Under the pieces are notes generated by a model, which saw only the letters and a list, made by a program, of their open reading frames with translations, made no database searches and was not told the origin of the DNA. A program made the translations under genes and the position numbers. Below are positions 38,914-49,155 of a DNA stretch of 64,000 nucleotides, in pieces. How positions within the stretch are numbered: the first letter of the stretch is position 1; every line of letters starts with the position of its first letter. Origin of the DNA: Myxococcota bacterium (GTDB lineage Bacteria > Myxococcota_A > UBA9160 > UBA4427); contig OZ252299.1 in the NCBI GenBank assembly GCA_965250285.1, positions 3,648,001 through 3,712,000 on the forward strand. The letters run 5' to 3'.

Positions 38914-40680
38914 TCAGGACGGGCTCCGCTCCGCGTCCCCGAGAAGCTGCACATCGCGGCGAGGCACGGCGATCGTGATCGCCTCTTCGTCGAAGCGTCG
39001 CTTCACCGTTCGGTTGAGGTCCCAGTACACGTCCCAGTAATCCTCGGTCTTCACCCAGGGGCGAACGACGAAGTCGACCGACCACTCGTTGAGCTTGTGC
39101 ACCTTCAGGAGCGGCTCGGGCTCGTCGAGGATCCGCTCGTCGGCCTCGAGGATCCCCCTCAGCACCGACTCGACGCGATCGAGATCTTCCGAGTAGGCGA
39201 TGCGGAAGGTCATATCGACGCGACGTTCGCTCTGGTCGGTCACGTTCTTGATCACGTCACCCCAGATCCTGCTGTTGGGCACGACGAGGGTCTGATTGTC
39301 GATGGTCAGGATCGTGGTCGCGATCAGACTCATCTCCGATACCCGGCCGAAGACGCCCGCCGCCTCGATGAGATCGCCGACGTCGTAGGGCCGAACGGCG
39401 AGGATCATCACGCCCGAGGCCAGATTGCCGAGTGAATCCTGGAGCGCGAAACCGACGATGAAGCCGGCGATCCCGAGACCCGCAAGGATGGGCCCGAGCT
39501 CGACGCCGAGTTGCGAGAGCGCGACGAGCACGCCCAGCAGGGTGATCGACGTGCCCGCCACCGACGAAACCATGTTCTTCAGCAGCTGCGAGGCGTCGAC
39601 CCGCTCCGACGAGAGGGTCCTCGTGAGGATCGCGCGTACGATTCGAGCCAACAGCGAGAAGGCCAGCACGATCAACACGAACGTCGCGGCCTTGAACGCG
39701 TAGCCGAGCCCGTTTTCGCGAACCCAGAGCTCGGCTTTCTGAAACGCTTGATCGACGAGGCCGAGCGCGACCTCCTTCTTGAAGATGTCGGCCGTGACCT
39801 CGCCCGTCGAACTGATCAACAGCTGCTGGTACTCGGCCGCGGGCAGCTCGAGACGCTCGAGCAGTCGAATGGCGATCGAGAAGGTACGGACCGTCCGCTC
39901 GCGACGATCCTCGACCGAGGCCAGCTGAAGCTTGAGATCTTCGTCGTCGGGTTGCTCGGCCAGCAGCGACGTGAGCTGACGCTCGCGGTCGACCAGAAAC
40001 GTGAGTCGGCGCGACAGGGTCTCGGCCACTTGGCTGACCAGGCCTTCGAGCTCGGCCCGCTCTTCATCTGCATTCATGCCGAGGGCCGACATGTCGTCGA
40101 CCGTGTCGGCGTACGCGCGAAAGAGGGTCACGCCCCACTCGTTCTCGGCCGCGATCTGCTGATCGATCTCGAGCAGCTCGGTCTTTTCGGCGCTCTCGCG
40201 GCGCTTTCGCAGCCGCGCCATGCGTTTCGAGGTCGAGTTGATGTGGGAGACGATTGCGGGCGCCAGCCGGTCGACCAGCGCCTCGACGCGCTCGCGCTGC
40301 TCGGGGCTCTCGATCTCAGCAAGATCCTGGGCGACGACGTTGTCGACGAGCCTCGAGACGATCCGGATGAGGTCGACCCGCAGCTCACCGATCTGGCGGT
40401 TGAGGCCGATCAGCTGCTCGCCGCTCGCCCGCCGCGCCTCGACTCTGAGCGCATCCAGCTCGGCCTGCCCCGCTTCGAACTCGGCGAACAACTCGCGCCC
40501 CTCGACGATGAGGGCGGGCTCGTCGGGCTCGTCCGGCTCGTCTGCGACCTCTGCGATCGCTTCGCCGTCGGGCGCGGCCTCTTCGCTCGGTGATTCCTGC
40601 GCGTGCAGCGGCGGCGCGAGGCAAAGCACACACACGACCCACGCCCACGCAGCGAGCGAACGGGGCTTCGGCGGCATCAT
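38914..40680 (-). CDS. MscS family mechanosensitive channel with large N-terminal helical domain
   Basis: LGIAGFIVGFALQDSLGNLASG..RPYDVGD, VPNSRIWG; signal peptide. Confidence 0.9.
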   Translation of the reverse strand: MMPPKPRSLAAWAWVVCVLCLAPPLHAQESPSEEAAPDGEAIAEVADEPDEPDEPALIVEGRELFAEFEAGQAELDALRVEARRASGEQLIGLNRQIGELRVDLIRIVSRLVDNVVAQDLAEIESPEQRERVEALVDRLAPAIVSHINSTSKRMARLRKRRESAEKTELLEIDQQIAAENEWGVTLFRAYADTVDDMSALGMNADEERAELEGLVSQVAETLSRRLTFLVDRERQLTSLLAEQPDDEDLKLQLASVEDRRERTVRTFSIAIRLLERLELPAAEYQQLLISSTGEVTADIFKKEVALGLVDQAFQKAELWVRENGLGYAFKAATFVLIVLAFSLLARIVRAILTRTLSSERVDASQLLKNMVSSVAGTSITLLGVLVALSQLGVELGPILAGLGIAGFIVGFALQDSLGNLASGVMILAVRPYDVGDLIEAAGVFGRVSEMSLIATTILTIDNQTLVVPNSRIWGDVIKNVTDQSERRVDMTFRIAYSEDLDRVESVLRGILEADERILDEPEPLLKVHKLNEWSVDFVVRPWVKTEDYWDVYWDLNRTVKRRFDEEAITIAVPRRDVQLLGDAERSPS

Positions 40681-40732
40681 GACGATCTCCTCGCGCGATC
40701 CAGACTCGACCAGTGCCGAGTCGAGGCTGTGC

Positions 40733-42076
40733 TCAATCTTGCCCTTCGGCCAGGAACTGCTGCAGCTTGGCGGCCGCGCGGAGCGCGGTCGCCGGGTCGG
40801 GGCCCCGCCCCTCACTGAAGCTGCCCGGGTTGAGCCGCGACTCATCGAGCCAGCGCTGCACCTCGGCGTGCTCGCTCCATGTGCGCATGTTCTTGATGTG
40901 CTCGAGCATGCCGCTGAAGAAGTCGGGCGTGCGATCGGGATGCGGGATCACGGCCGCGAGCGCGTTCTTCTCTTCGAGCGTCGCAGCGAGCGTCTCGACC
41001 AGACCGATCAGCGCCGCGCTGAAGACCTGCTGACAGCCTCGCACCGTCTGCAGGGTGATCCGGCCCTCGGCGAAGACGGGCTCGATCGGACGGGTCTCGA
41101 GGCCGTCGGCCGTGCAGTCGACGTAGACCGACGCTTCACCGCGATCGAGGGCGCCCTCATCGAGCTCGAGCTTCGTGCGGGTGACGCGCTTCACGCGCCC
41201 GAGTCGCACGACGTGCTCGACGCGCCGCAGCTGCTCGAGCTCGGCCTCGGACACCGTGGCACATCGATACATCGTCGGCTCGGTGGAGCGGTCGATGCGC
41301 AGCATGTGTCCGGCGGCCTCGAGCCGAAGCCATGCGTCCGAGGCCGTCTCGGCGTCCGCGATCATGTCGAGCTGGTCGCCAACGCGAAAGCCGTCACCCG
41401 GCTGCGTGATCGCTCGATTGATCAGCCACGAATCGCGCGGGACGATCCAGGTGATCTCGTCGGGATCGACGTGGTTCGCCAGCAGCCACAGGATCGCGTC
41501 GAAGGCGGTCTTGCCGGCGCCGACGATGACGTAGCCGTCCGCCGGTCGATCGACCTTGGGCAGTTCATTGGGCGGCACGACGATGACGCCCGGCTCGATC
41601 GCGTACTTCGGTGGGTGCGTCGAAGGCACCGCCACCTTCATGTACGTGGCGTCGACCATGGCGCGGCGCGCATGCACCTCGAACGAGCGACCCGACGGGC
41701 TCGAGACGGCACGCTCGCCATCGAATCGCGTCGAGCCAAAGAACTGCACTCGCCCCGACGGCAGAAATCGTCGGTTCATGACCTGGTCGTAGTACGCGCA
41801 GACCTCGGCCCCCGAGGCCAGCTCGGAGAGGCCCGCATTGAGACCGGTCTCGTCGATCGCGTCGGTGCCGAGGCGCATCGAGTTCACGCCGTAGAAGAAA
41901 GACGGCTGGTGAAGCCGAACGAAGGGGTACGCATCGTTCCAGTGCCCGCCGGGCCGCGCGCGCCGGTCGATGAGCGCCACCGACGCATCGGAGCGACTGA
42001 GGATCTCGTCGGTGAAGGCGATGCCCATCGCCCCCGCGCCGACGACCACGTAGTCGGCCTCGATCGCTACACCCAT
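40733..42076 (-). CDS. NAD(P)/FAD-dependent oxidoreductase
   Basis: VVGAGAMG, GGHWNDAYPFVRLHQPS, GAGKT, DCTADG. Confidence 0.85.
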   Translation of the reverse strand: MGVAIEADYVVVGAGAMGIAFTDEILSRSDASVALIDRRARPGGHWNDAYPFVRLHQPSFFYGVNSMRLGTDAIDETGLNAGLSELASGAEVCAYYDQVMNRRFLPSGRVQFFGSTRFDGERAVSSPSGRSFEVHARRAMVDATYMKVAVPSTHPPKYAIEPGVIVVPPNELPKVDRPADGYVIVGAGKTAFDAILWLLANHVDPDEITWIVPRDSWLINRAITQPGDGFRVGDQLDMIADAETASDAWLRLEAAGHMLRIDRSTEPTMYRCATVSEAELEQLRRVEHVVRLGRVKRVTRTKLELDEGALDRGEASVYVDCTADGLETRPIEPVFAEGRITLQTVRGCQQVFSAALIGLVETLAATLEEKNALAAVIPHPDRTPDFFSGMLEHIKNMRTWSEHAEVQRWLDESRLNPGSFSEGRGPDPATALRAAAKLQQFLAEGQD

Positions 42077-43134
42077 GACAGCACCGCCGCCTGCTGGGGC
42101 GGGACACCCCCCGCCACGATGCGCTGATACGCGCGCTCGATCGCATCGGCGCCGGCGGCCCGCTCGATCTCGAGCCAGCCGCTCGACCACTGGGCGAACG
42201 GCTTCCAAGCGTCTGCAAACGCGCGGTGGTAGTGCTCGAGCCCCTCCGACGCCGCGCGCTCTTCGGCCACGTTCGGAATGAAGAAGAAGCGAGGGCCGGG
42301 CCCCGGCATGGGCAGCGGCTCATCCGACGGCGCGCGGTGGGTGGCGCCCACGAGCACCGAGTCGACGAGCCGATCGCCGAGCGCCACGTGCGCCGCGGAT
42401 GTCGCCCGCGCATTCCCCGCGATGTCGACGTAGGCCACTCGGGACGCAGCCTCGACGGCATCGAGCTCGTCGTACGTGCGCACGCGATCGTACACACCCA
42501 GGCCCTCGACGAATGATCGATTCGCCTGGGAAGTGATGCCGACGCACCGAGTGGGCGTGTCGAGATGAGAGATCGACCAGGCGAGCGACAGCGCAGTCTT
42601 GCTGGAGGCGCTCGACACGAAGACCTCGTCGACCGTCTCTACGAGCTCGCGCGCCAGCATCCAGCCCGTCATGAGCAGGGCCCAGAGCACGGGCTGCAGC
42701 GTCGCCGTGTCCTCGGCGAAGAGCGGGTCGCCCTCGCAGCGGTAGTAGCGGTTGTACCAGGCGTGCAGCGCTTCGCGGTGTGCGGTCGCATCCGAGAAGC
42801 ACAGGGTGCTCACATCGACCGGCTTGAGCGTGAGCGATGACGACATCGGCAGGTAGCCGAAGATGCGCTCGCCCACCGTGACCTCGGGGCATGCGCTCTC
42901 GGCAACGCAACCGAAGCCCCAGACCGGCACCCGCCCCCAGCCCGACTCGGCGGGGAAGTAGGCCCAGTAGCCGAGGGCATCGCCCATCGCCGCGTAGCTC
43001 ACGTTGTTGGTCGAGAGCCCGAACGACTCGACGTCGAGGCGGATCTCACCGGCCGCGAGCTCGGCGGCGTCGGAGGTATCGCGGAGCTGCGTCTGCGCCA
43101 CGTCGGCGCGGTTCACCAGGATGTCACTGCGCAC
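42067..43134 (-). CDS. DUF2855 family protein
   Basis: FGLSTNNVSYA..G..LGYW.YFP...GRVPVWGF, SSASSKTA, YVDIAGN, FFFIP. Confidence 0.8.
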   Translation of the reverse strand: MRSDILVNRADVAQTQLRDTSDAAELAAGEIRLDVESFGLSTNNVSYAAMGDALGYWAYFPAESGWGRVPVWGFGCVAESACPEVTVGERIFGYLPMSSSLTLKPVDVSTLCFSDATAHREALHAWYNRYYRCEGDPLFAEDTATLQPVLWALLMTGWMLARELVETVDEVFVSSASSKTALSLAWSISHLDTPTRCVGITSQANRSFVEGLGVYDRVRTYDELDAVEAASRVAYVDIAGNARATSAAHVALGDRLVDSVLVGATHRAPSDEPLPMPGPGPRFFFIPNVAEERAASEGLEHYHRAFADAWKPFAQWSSGWLEIERAAGADAIERAYQRIVAGGVPPQQAAVLSWV

Positions 43135-43453
43135 GATCGGCTGCTCCCTCAATGTGTCGGCGTGGCCCTGCCGAGGCCGTACGGCCTCTTCGTCGTCGAT
43201 CTCGACCGAGTCGGGGCTCAGGTGCCCCCGACGAGCGGACAGCGCAAGGATCGTCGGCGCCACCCGTCCCGGCAAGGTGGGCGGAGCCCGCGCAAGGTCG
43301 GCCTCGGGCGAGTCGCTGGCGGCGGCTCAGCTCTCGCCCGAAGCCTGTCGCGGCCGTCGCGCGCATCGACCGGAGCCGTGTCACGCGAGAAAAGAACGAG
43401 GCATCGAAGGCTTTCACGAGCCGCCCACGATCCGCGCTGGCTCGGAGGCCGGC

Positions 43454-44233
43454 ATGCGACCCCTCCTCCCGCTTCTGGCGTGCATCGCTGCGGTCGTGGC
43501 GACCGACACCCCCATCGAGGCTGAGCCCCTGGATCTCGAGCCGACCGAGTACATCGACTCGACGCACCCCGACATCGCGTCGACCGTGGCGACGATCGCG
43601 CCCGAAGCCCTCTCGCAGCGCGAGCGCGCGATCCGGCTGCACGACTTCGTTCGCGACGAGATCGCGTTCGGTTGGGCGCCGGCCTTCTACGACCAGAAGG
43701 CTTCCGAGGTGCTCTCGAGCCGAGTCGGCTTCTGCAACACGAAGTCGACGCTCTTCGTCGCGCTCTTGCGCAGCGCGGGCATTCCCGCGCGCCAGCACTT
43801 CGTCGACATCGACGCGCGGATCCTGAGCGGCCTCATCGACCCGGGCACACCGTACGTCGACCATTCGTTCGTCGAGGTCGAAATCGAAGGCCGATGGATG
43901 CGCGTCGACAGCTTCATCATCGACGCACTGCTCGCCAAAAAAGCGAGGGCGCGTCTCGAACGCGAAGGAAAGCGCGTCGGCTACGGCGCCCACCGAGGTG
44001 GCGTATCGAGCTGGGACGCGACGGGTGACGCCTTCTCGCAGTTCGTCGACGACGGGTCGCATCCGGGCCTCACGAACGAAGATCACGGGGTGTTTCGAGA
44101 CGTGGGCGCATTCTACGCGTCGGGCCTCGGCCGAAATCGATTGAATCCCCTGCTCCGGATCGGCTTTCGTTTCTTCGCGCGAAGGGCGAATGGGCGGATC
44201 GATGCCATCCGGTCGTCGGGAGAGACGCCCTGA
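43454..44233 (+). CDS. Transglutaminase-like protein with signal peptide
   Basis: GFCNTKSTLFVALLRSAGIPAR, HSFVEV, W.RVD. Confidence 0.85.
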   Translation: MRPLLPLLACIAAVVATDTPIEAEPLDLEPTEYIDSTHPDIASTVATIAPEALSQRERAIRLHDFVRDEIAFGWAPAFYDQKASEVLSSRVGFCNTKSTLFVALLRSAGIPARQHFVDIDARILSGLIDPGTPYVDHSFVEVEIEGRWMRVDSFIIDALLAKKARARLEREGKRVGYGAHRGGVSSWDATGDAFSQFVDDGSHPGLTNEDHGVFRDVGAFYASGLGRNRLNPLLRIGFRFFARRANGRIDAIRSSGETP

Positions 44234-44345
44234 CAGGCGCCCCGGCGGCCGGCCGAAACGTTCGGTCACGTTCGGCGAGCCGACCCTGCGTGACCATCGA
44301 CGACCAGGTCGCGGGTCGGGGATCAACGATGCGCACCCCCCGCGC

Positions 44346-45149
44346 TCAGCTCGAAGCCGCGATCGTCAGCGGCTCGACCTCGGGCCAGGCTTCGGCGCCG
44401 TTACTCCGCAGCATCTCGACGGCCGCGGGCACGATCCAATCTTCGACGGCCACCGCGTAGGCGGGCAGCGCCTTCACGCGCGCGAGCCAATCGGCGACGC
44501 GCGGCCGCTGCGACGGGTCGAGCACGGCATCCATCGCGAGGTGCTCGAGCCGCAGCACGTAGGGCAGAAGAGAAGCGTCGGCGAGGCCGAACATCGAGCC
44601 CGACAGCCACGGGCCTTCGGCGAGCTCACGCTCCATGCGATCGAGCGTATCGAGGAAGACACGCAGCGCGCCGGCGAACTCGGGCGCCCGTGCACCGTGC
44701 TCGAGCACGCTGCGGCGAATCGCGCGCTGTGCGGGGTCGGGGATGCGGGCGAGATTCGCCTCGCGCACGGCTTCGGGCTGCTCGAGCAGCGCGCGCCGAG
44801 GCCCGATCGCGAACGTGACGGTTGGCGCCGCGGGATGCAGCGCGGCGTCGAGGTGCATGAGCCACGCGTCGACGTGATAGCGGCCCAGCGCGTCGCTCGG
44901 TCGCATCGGCGGCTCGGGGAAGGCGTCATCGAGATACTTGACGATCAGAGAGGACTCGACGAGCGGGCGGCCATCGTGCACGAGCGTCGGCACGACGTGC
45001 TTGGGATTGAGCTTCACGTAGTCAGGCGCGTGCTGCTCGCCCGCCATCAGGTTCACCTCGCGCGACTCGAACGCGACGCCCTTCTCCGCCAGCACGAGGC
45101 GGACCTTCTGCGAGCAGGTCGAGAAGCCGAAGTGGTAGAGCTCGATCAC
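44346..45149 (-). CDS. Glutathione S-transferase family protein
   Basis: STCSQKVRLVLAEKG, LNPKHVVPTL, ESSLI, FGLAD; GGAGG RBS before GTG. Confidence 0.9.
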   Translation of the reverse strand: MIELYHFGFSTCSQKVRLVLAEKGVAFESREVNLMAGEQHAPDYVKLNPKHVVPTLVHDGRPLVESSLIVKYLDDAFPEPPMRPSDALGRYHVDAWLMHLDAALHPAAPTVTFAIGPRRALLEQPEAVREANLARIPDPAQRAIRRSVLEHGARAPEFAGALRVFLDTLDRMERELAEGPWLSGSMFGLADASLLPYVLRLEHLAMDAVLDPSQRPRVADWLARVKALPAYAVAVEDWIVPAAVEMLRSNGAEAWPEVEPLTIAASS

Positions 45150-45237
45150 GGCGCATCCTCCCATCGCCTGGTCTTCCGAATCGTCCGAGCCGGAAAGTCG
45201 TCGGCCGTCGACGCGCTTTGCCTGGTCAGCCCAAGCT

Positions 45238-45300
45238 ATTCGATCGACCAGCCAAAATTCGCAGCTTGCATTTGACTTGTCAAATGAATAAAGTGATGTC
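45238..45300. promoter_or_regulatory. TetR operators and leaderless promoter
   Basis: CATTTGAC-TT-GTCAAATG (45269-45286); TTGCAT-17 nt-TAAAGT; related site ATTCGATCGACCAGCCAAAAT (45238). Confidence 0.7.
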
Positions 45301-45915
45301 ATGGCGGCGAGCACTCCGACTGCGCGCGATCGACAGCGTGAGGCGACCCGCGAGCGGATCGTCGAGGCGGCCGTCGAGGTCTTCGCCGAGAAGAGCTTCG
45401 CCGGCGCGAGCACGCGCGAGATCGCTCGCCGGGCCGAGACCAACCAGGGCCTCATCACGTATCACTTCAACAGCAAGGAAGACCTGTGGCGCGCCGCCGC
45501 AGACCACATCTTCAATCGACTCGGCGCACAATTGACGGAGCGCCTCGGCGCGCTCGAGCTCTCGGCCCCCCGCGAACGGGCGCGCGAGGGCATCAGGCAG
45601 TACGTGCGGTTCGCGGCCGCACACCCCGAGCTCTTCCGCATCATGGTCGACGAGGGGCGGGTCGCCGACGAACGCATGAACTGGCTCGTCGACACGCACC
45701 TGCGCCCCCGCTTCGAGTCCATCGTGAAGGGGCTCGTCGACGTGGTCGGGATCGACGACTCGATGCTGCCGCATGCGTTCTATGCGCTCGCGGGGGCGGC
45801 TTCGTTGATGTTCGCCGTCGCGCCCGAGTGTCGGCGGCTCACGGGCCTCGACCCGCACACGGCGCAGGCCATCGAGACCCACGCCGACTACGTCGCGCAT
45901 CTGCTCGTCCCCTAG
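45301..45915 (+). CDS. TetR/AcrR family regulator
   Basis: FAEKSFAGASTREIARRAETNQGLITYHFNSKEDLW. Confidence 0.92.
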   Translation: MAASTPTARDRQREATRERIVEAAVEVFAEKSFAGASTREIARRAETNQGLITYHFNSKEDLWRAAADHIFNRLGAQLTERLGALELSAPRERAREGIRQYVRFAAAHPELFRIMVDEGRVADERMNWLVDTHLRPRFESIVKGLVDVVGIDDSMLPHAFYALAGAASLMFAVAPECRRLTGLDPHTAQAIETHADYVAHLLVP

Positions 45916-46019
45916 CCCCCTCTCTGCCCCAGATCTCCTCCGGCGACGGCGCCTGAGCGGTCTGAGGCCGCGCTCAGCCCGCTGAGCCGGCTGGCCGGTC
46001 GCCTCGCACGTACGAAATT

Positions 46020-46080
46020 ATTCGATTGACAAGCCAAAATCACTGGTGCATATTCTGGCTGTTCAATTGACCAGCCAAAT
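46020..46080 (+). promoter_or_regulatory. Two more copies of the same operator upstream of the monooxygenase
   Basis: ATTCGATTGACAAGCCAAAAT (46020) and GTTCAATTGACCAGCCAAAT (46061); first contains TTGACA. Confidence 0.65.
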
Positions 46081-46094
46081 GGATCGGAGCCGAG

Positions 46095-47831
46095 ATGAAG
46101 CGAATCGAGACCGACGTCCTGGTGATCGGAGCCGGACCGGCGGGCCTGACCGCGAGCGCCCTGCTGGCCCGCCTCGGCATCGACGCGCTGACGCTGACCA
46201 AGTACGCCACAGCCGACGCCCCGCGCGCGCACATCACCAACCAGCGCGCCGTCGAGGTGTTTCGAGACCTCGGCATCGAAGAGAAGGTGCAGGCCCGCGC
46301 GCTGCCCCATCACCTGATGGGCAAGCAGGTCTTCGCCACGTCGTTTGCGGGTCGCGAGCTCTCGCGGCTCATGACGTGGGGGACGGGGGACGACCGCATC
46401 GGCGACTACCGAGCCGCGAGCCCCTGTCAGATGTGCAACGCACCCCAGCACATTCTCGAGCCGATCCTCCTCGAGCGCGCGCAGCAGCTCGGTGCCGACA
46501 TCCGGCTGCATCATGAGGTGGTCTCGGTGACGCAGACCGAGCGGGGCGTGACCGCGCATGTGCGTCCCCGCGACGGCAGCGACGAGTTCGAGGTGGCCGC
46601 GCTCTACGCGATCGGATGCGACGGCGCGCGCACCGTGGTCGGGCGCGACGGCGGCTTCGAGTACGAGGGCGAGACCGGGCTCGGCGATGCCGTCACGGTG
46701 TGGATCGAAGCCGACCTCTCGAAGTACACCGCCCACCGGTCGGGTGCCCTCTTCTTCACCGTCAACCCCGCCAGCCCCGACATGCTCAGCATCTGGACCT
46801 GCGTCGAGCCCTGGACCGAGTGGAGCACGATCCTCCTGCGCCCCGACCTCTCGTCGAACGACCTCGAAGAGACGGCGGTAGCCGAGAGCGTACGCGTCGC
46901 CATCGGCGACGACGACATCCCCTTCACCATCAAGAAGACGAGCGCCTGGCAGTTCAACCACATCGTCGCGTCGGGCTACCGACGCGGGCGGCTCTTCATC
47001 GCGGGTGACGCCGCGCACCGCCATCCCCCCGCGAACGGCCTCGGCAGCAACACGTCGATCCAGGACGCGTACAACCTGGCGTGGAAGCTGGCGCTCGTCG
47101 TCCGCGGCCAGGCCGATGACGTCCTGCTCGACAGCTACAGCGACGAGCGACAGCCCGTCGGCCGACAGGTCGTCGATCGCGCCAACCAGAGCGTGCGCGA
47201 GATGCCCGCGTGGCTGGCCGCGCTCGGCCTCACGCCCGGCATGAGCTCGGATCAAGTCGACGCGCGGCTCGCCGAGCTCTACGGCCCCGAGGGCCACGAC
47301 CAGCGCGAAGCCCTGCTCGCCGGCCTCGAGCTGATGCACGGCCAGTTCAACGCCCACGGCGTCGAGCTCGGGCAGCGCTACCGCTCCGGGGCCGTCGCGG
47401 AGGAAGCGGCGCCGCCGCCCTCGCCCGCCCGCGACGCCGAGCTCTACTTCGAGCCGTCGACTCACCCCGGCAGCCCGGTCCCGCACGCCTGGCTCGCGGC
47501 CCACGACCGCGACGTCTCGACGCTCGACCTGTGCGCCTACGACCGGTTCACGGTGATCACGGGCGCCGGTGGCCAGGCGTGGCTCGACGCCGCCGGGAAG
47601 GTCGCGGCGGAGCTGAATGTGCCGATCGAAGGCGTCGCGGTCTCGCTCGGCCTCGAAACGAACGACGTCTACGGCGACTGGATGCGCCGCCGCGAGATCG
47701 GCGATCGGGGTTGCCTGCTCGTTCGCCCCGATCGCATCATTGCGTGGCGCGCGTTCGATCTCGAAGGTGACCCGACCGACGCGCTTCGCAGCGCGATGTC
47801 CAACCTGCTCGGAAAGGGAACGTCCGCATGA
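46095..47831 (+). CDS. FAD-dependent phenol monooxygenase (2,4-dichlorophenol 6-monooxygenase TfdB-like)
   Basis: GAGPAG, PRAHITNQR, DGAR, GDAAHRHPPANGLGSNTSIQDAYNLAWKL, HGVELGQRY, LVRPD. Confidence 0.88.
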   Translation: MKRIETDVLVIGAGPAGLTASALLARLGIDALTLTKYATADAPRAHITNQRAVEVFRDLGIEEKVQARALPHHLMGKQVFATSFAGRELSRLMTWGTGDDRIGDYRAASPCQMCNAPQHILEPILLERAQQLGADIRLHHEVVSVTQTERGVTAHVRPRDGSDEFEVAALYAIGCDGARTVVGRDGGFEYEGETGLGDAVTVWIEADLSKYTAHRSGALFFTVNPASPDMLSIWTCVEPWTEWSTILLRPDLSSNDLEETAVAESVRVAIGDDDIPFTIKKTSAWQFNHIVASGYRRGRLFIAGDAAHRHPPANGLGSNTSIQDAYNLAWKLALVVRGQADDVLLDSYSDERQPVGRQVVDRANQSVREMPAWLAALGLTPGMSSDQVDARLAELYGPEGHDQREALLAGLELMHGQFNAHGVELGQRYRSGAVAEEAAPPPSPARDAELYFEPSTHPGSPVPHAWLAAHDRDVSTLDLCAYDRFTVITGAGGQAWLDAAGKVAAELNVPIEGVAVSLGLETNDVYGDWMRRREIGDRGCLLVRPDRIIAWRAFDLEGDPTDALRSAMSNLLGKGTSA

Positions 47832-48385
47832 CCGACACGACCAAGACCCCTCGACTCAGCCTCTCTCACACGACGCTCGCCGCGCGCGACCTCGACCAGC
47901 TCGCCGGGTTCTACCGCGACGTGCTCGGCTTTCACGTCACGAACCGCGGACCGGTGCCCGGTGGCTCTGAGATCGCGTTCCTCAGCCAGGATCCGGGTGA
48001 ACACCATCAGATCGCCATGGTGGGCGGGCTCGAGCCGCCGAGCGCCGACTTCGTGATGGTGGATCACCTCGCGTTCCGCACCGCGACCCTCGACGACCTG
48101 CGTGCCATCCGCGCGAAGCTCGACGCCGCCCAAGTCGAAGGCGTCATTCCGATCTGCCACGGCAACGCCTGGTCGCTCTACTTCAACGACCCCGAAGGCA
48201 ACGGTCTCGAGTGCTTCGTCGACTCGCCCTTCCACGTCGCGCAGCCCTTCGCGCAGGGCTTCGACCTGGATCAGTCGGACGAAGACATCCTCGAGGCGAC
48301 GCGCAAGATGGTCGAGGGCGAGCCCGAGTTCGCGCCGATGGGCGAATGGAGCGCCGCGTTCGCGAAGCGCCTCGACGAGAGCTGA
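47828..48385 (+). CDS. VOC/glyoxalase family protein
   Basis: SH...FYRDVLGF, EHHQI, DHLAF, HGNAWSLYFNDPEGNGLE; ATGA overlap. Confidence 0.88.
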   Translation: MTDTTKTPRLSLSHTTLAARDLDQLAGFYRDVLGFHVTNRGPVPGGSEIAFLSQDPGEHHQIAMVGGLEPPSADFVMVDHLAFRTATLDDLRAIRAKLDAAQVEGVIPICHGNAWSLYFNDPEGNGLECFVDSPFHVAQPFAQGFDLDQSDEDILEATRKMVEGEPEFAPMGEWSAAFAKRLDES

Positions 48386-48395
48386 AGCAGGGGCG

Positions 48396-49100
48396 CTACC
48401 CCTGCCGACCCATCAGCCCCTTCACGTTCGACTCGATCGTCGACTCGAGGAGCGCGATCGTCGGCGCGTGCGCCATGCGCTTGTTGTTGCGGAACGCGGG
48501 CTGCTGCAGCGTCGTCGCGAAACGGGTCGCCACTTCGATCGCGCGCGCTTCGAGCGCGTCGGCCTCGACCACCTCGTCGAGCATGCCGCAATCGGCCGCG
48601 GCCTCGGGCCCGTAGATCTCCGACTGCACGATCACCCGGTCATAGTGACGCTTCGAGAGCGCCGCGCGAGCGAACTCGATCGCGAAATCGGGCAGCGTCA
48701 TCCCGATCGCCGTCTCGTTCGCCTGATACTTGAAGCGACCCGTCGCGCCGACCCGGTAGTCGCAGACCATGGCCATGAAGAGACCCATCGCGACGGCGTG
48801 GCCGCCGACGGCGGCGATGATCGGCTTCGGATGCGTGTAGATCTGGAGCGCGAGCTTCCCGCCGTTGGCCACCATCTCGGCCGCCGCTTCGGGGCCCTGG
48901 GCCATCGTTCCGAGGTCGAAGCCGGCCGAGAACATGCCGGGCCGGCCCGTGAGCACGACGGCGTTCGCGTCCTTCTCGGCGGCCTCGAGCGCGGCCATCA
49001 GCTCGGTCGAGAGCGCGGTCGATACCGCGTTGGGCTTGCCGTTGTCCATGCGCAGGACGCGCACGCCTTCGTCGTGGTCTTCGGTCTGGATCAGGGACAT
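48396..49100 (-). CDS. Crotonase/enoyl-CoA hydratase family protein
   Basis: FSAGFDL, GHAVAMG, NETAIGMTLP. Confidence 0.88.
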   Translation of the reverse strand: MSLIQTEDHDEGVRVLRMDNGKPNAVSTALSTELMAALEAAEKDANAVVLTGRPGMFSAGFDLGTMAQGPEAAAEMVANGGKLALQIYTHPKPIIAAVGGHAVAMGLFMAMVCDYRVGATGRFKYQANETAIGMTLPDFAIEFARAALSKRHYDRVIVQSEIYGPEAAADCGMLDEVVEADALEARAIEVATRFATTLQQPAFRNNKRMAHAPTIALLESTIESNVKGLMGRQG

Positions 49101-49155
49101 CGGGGCTCCTCGTAGATGGGACGCGCCTTGAGTGGATACATCAGTCTTCGCCGGA

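Noticed and set aside
40515..40545. DEPDEPDEP coding repeat in MscS N-terminus
   Set aside because: Ordinary low-complexity linker.
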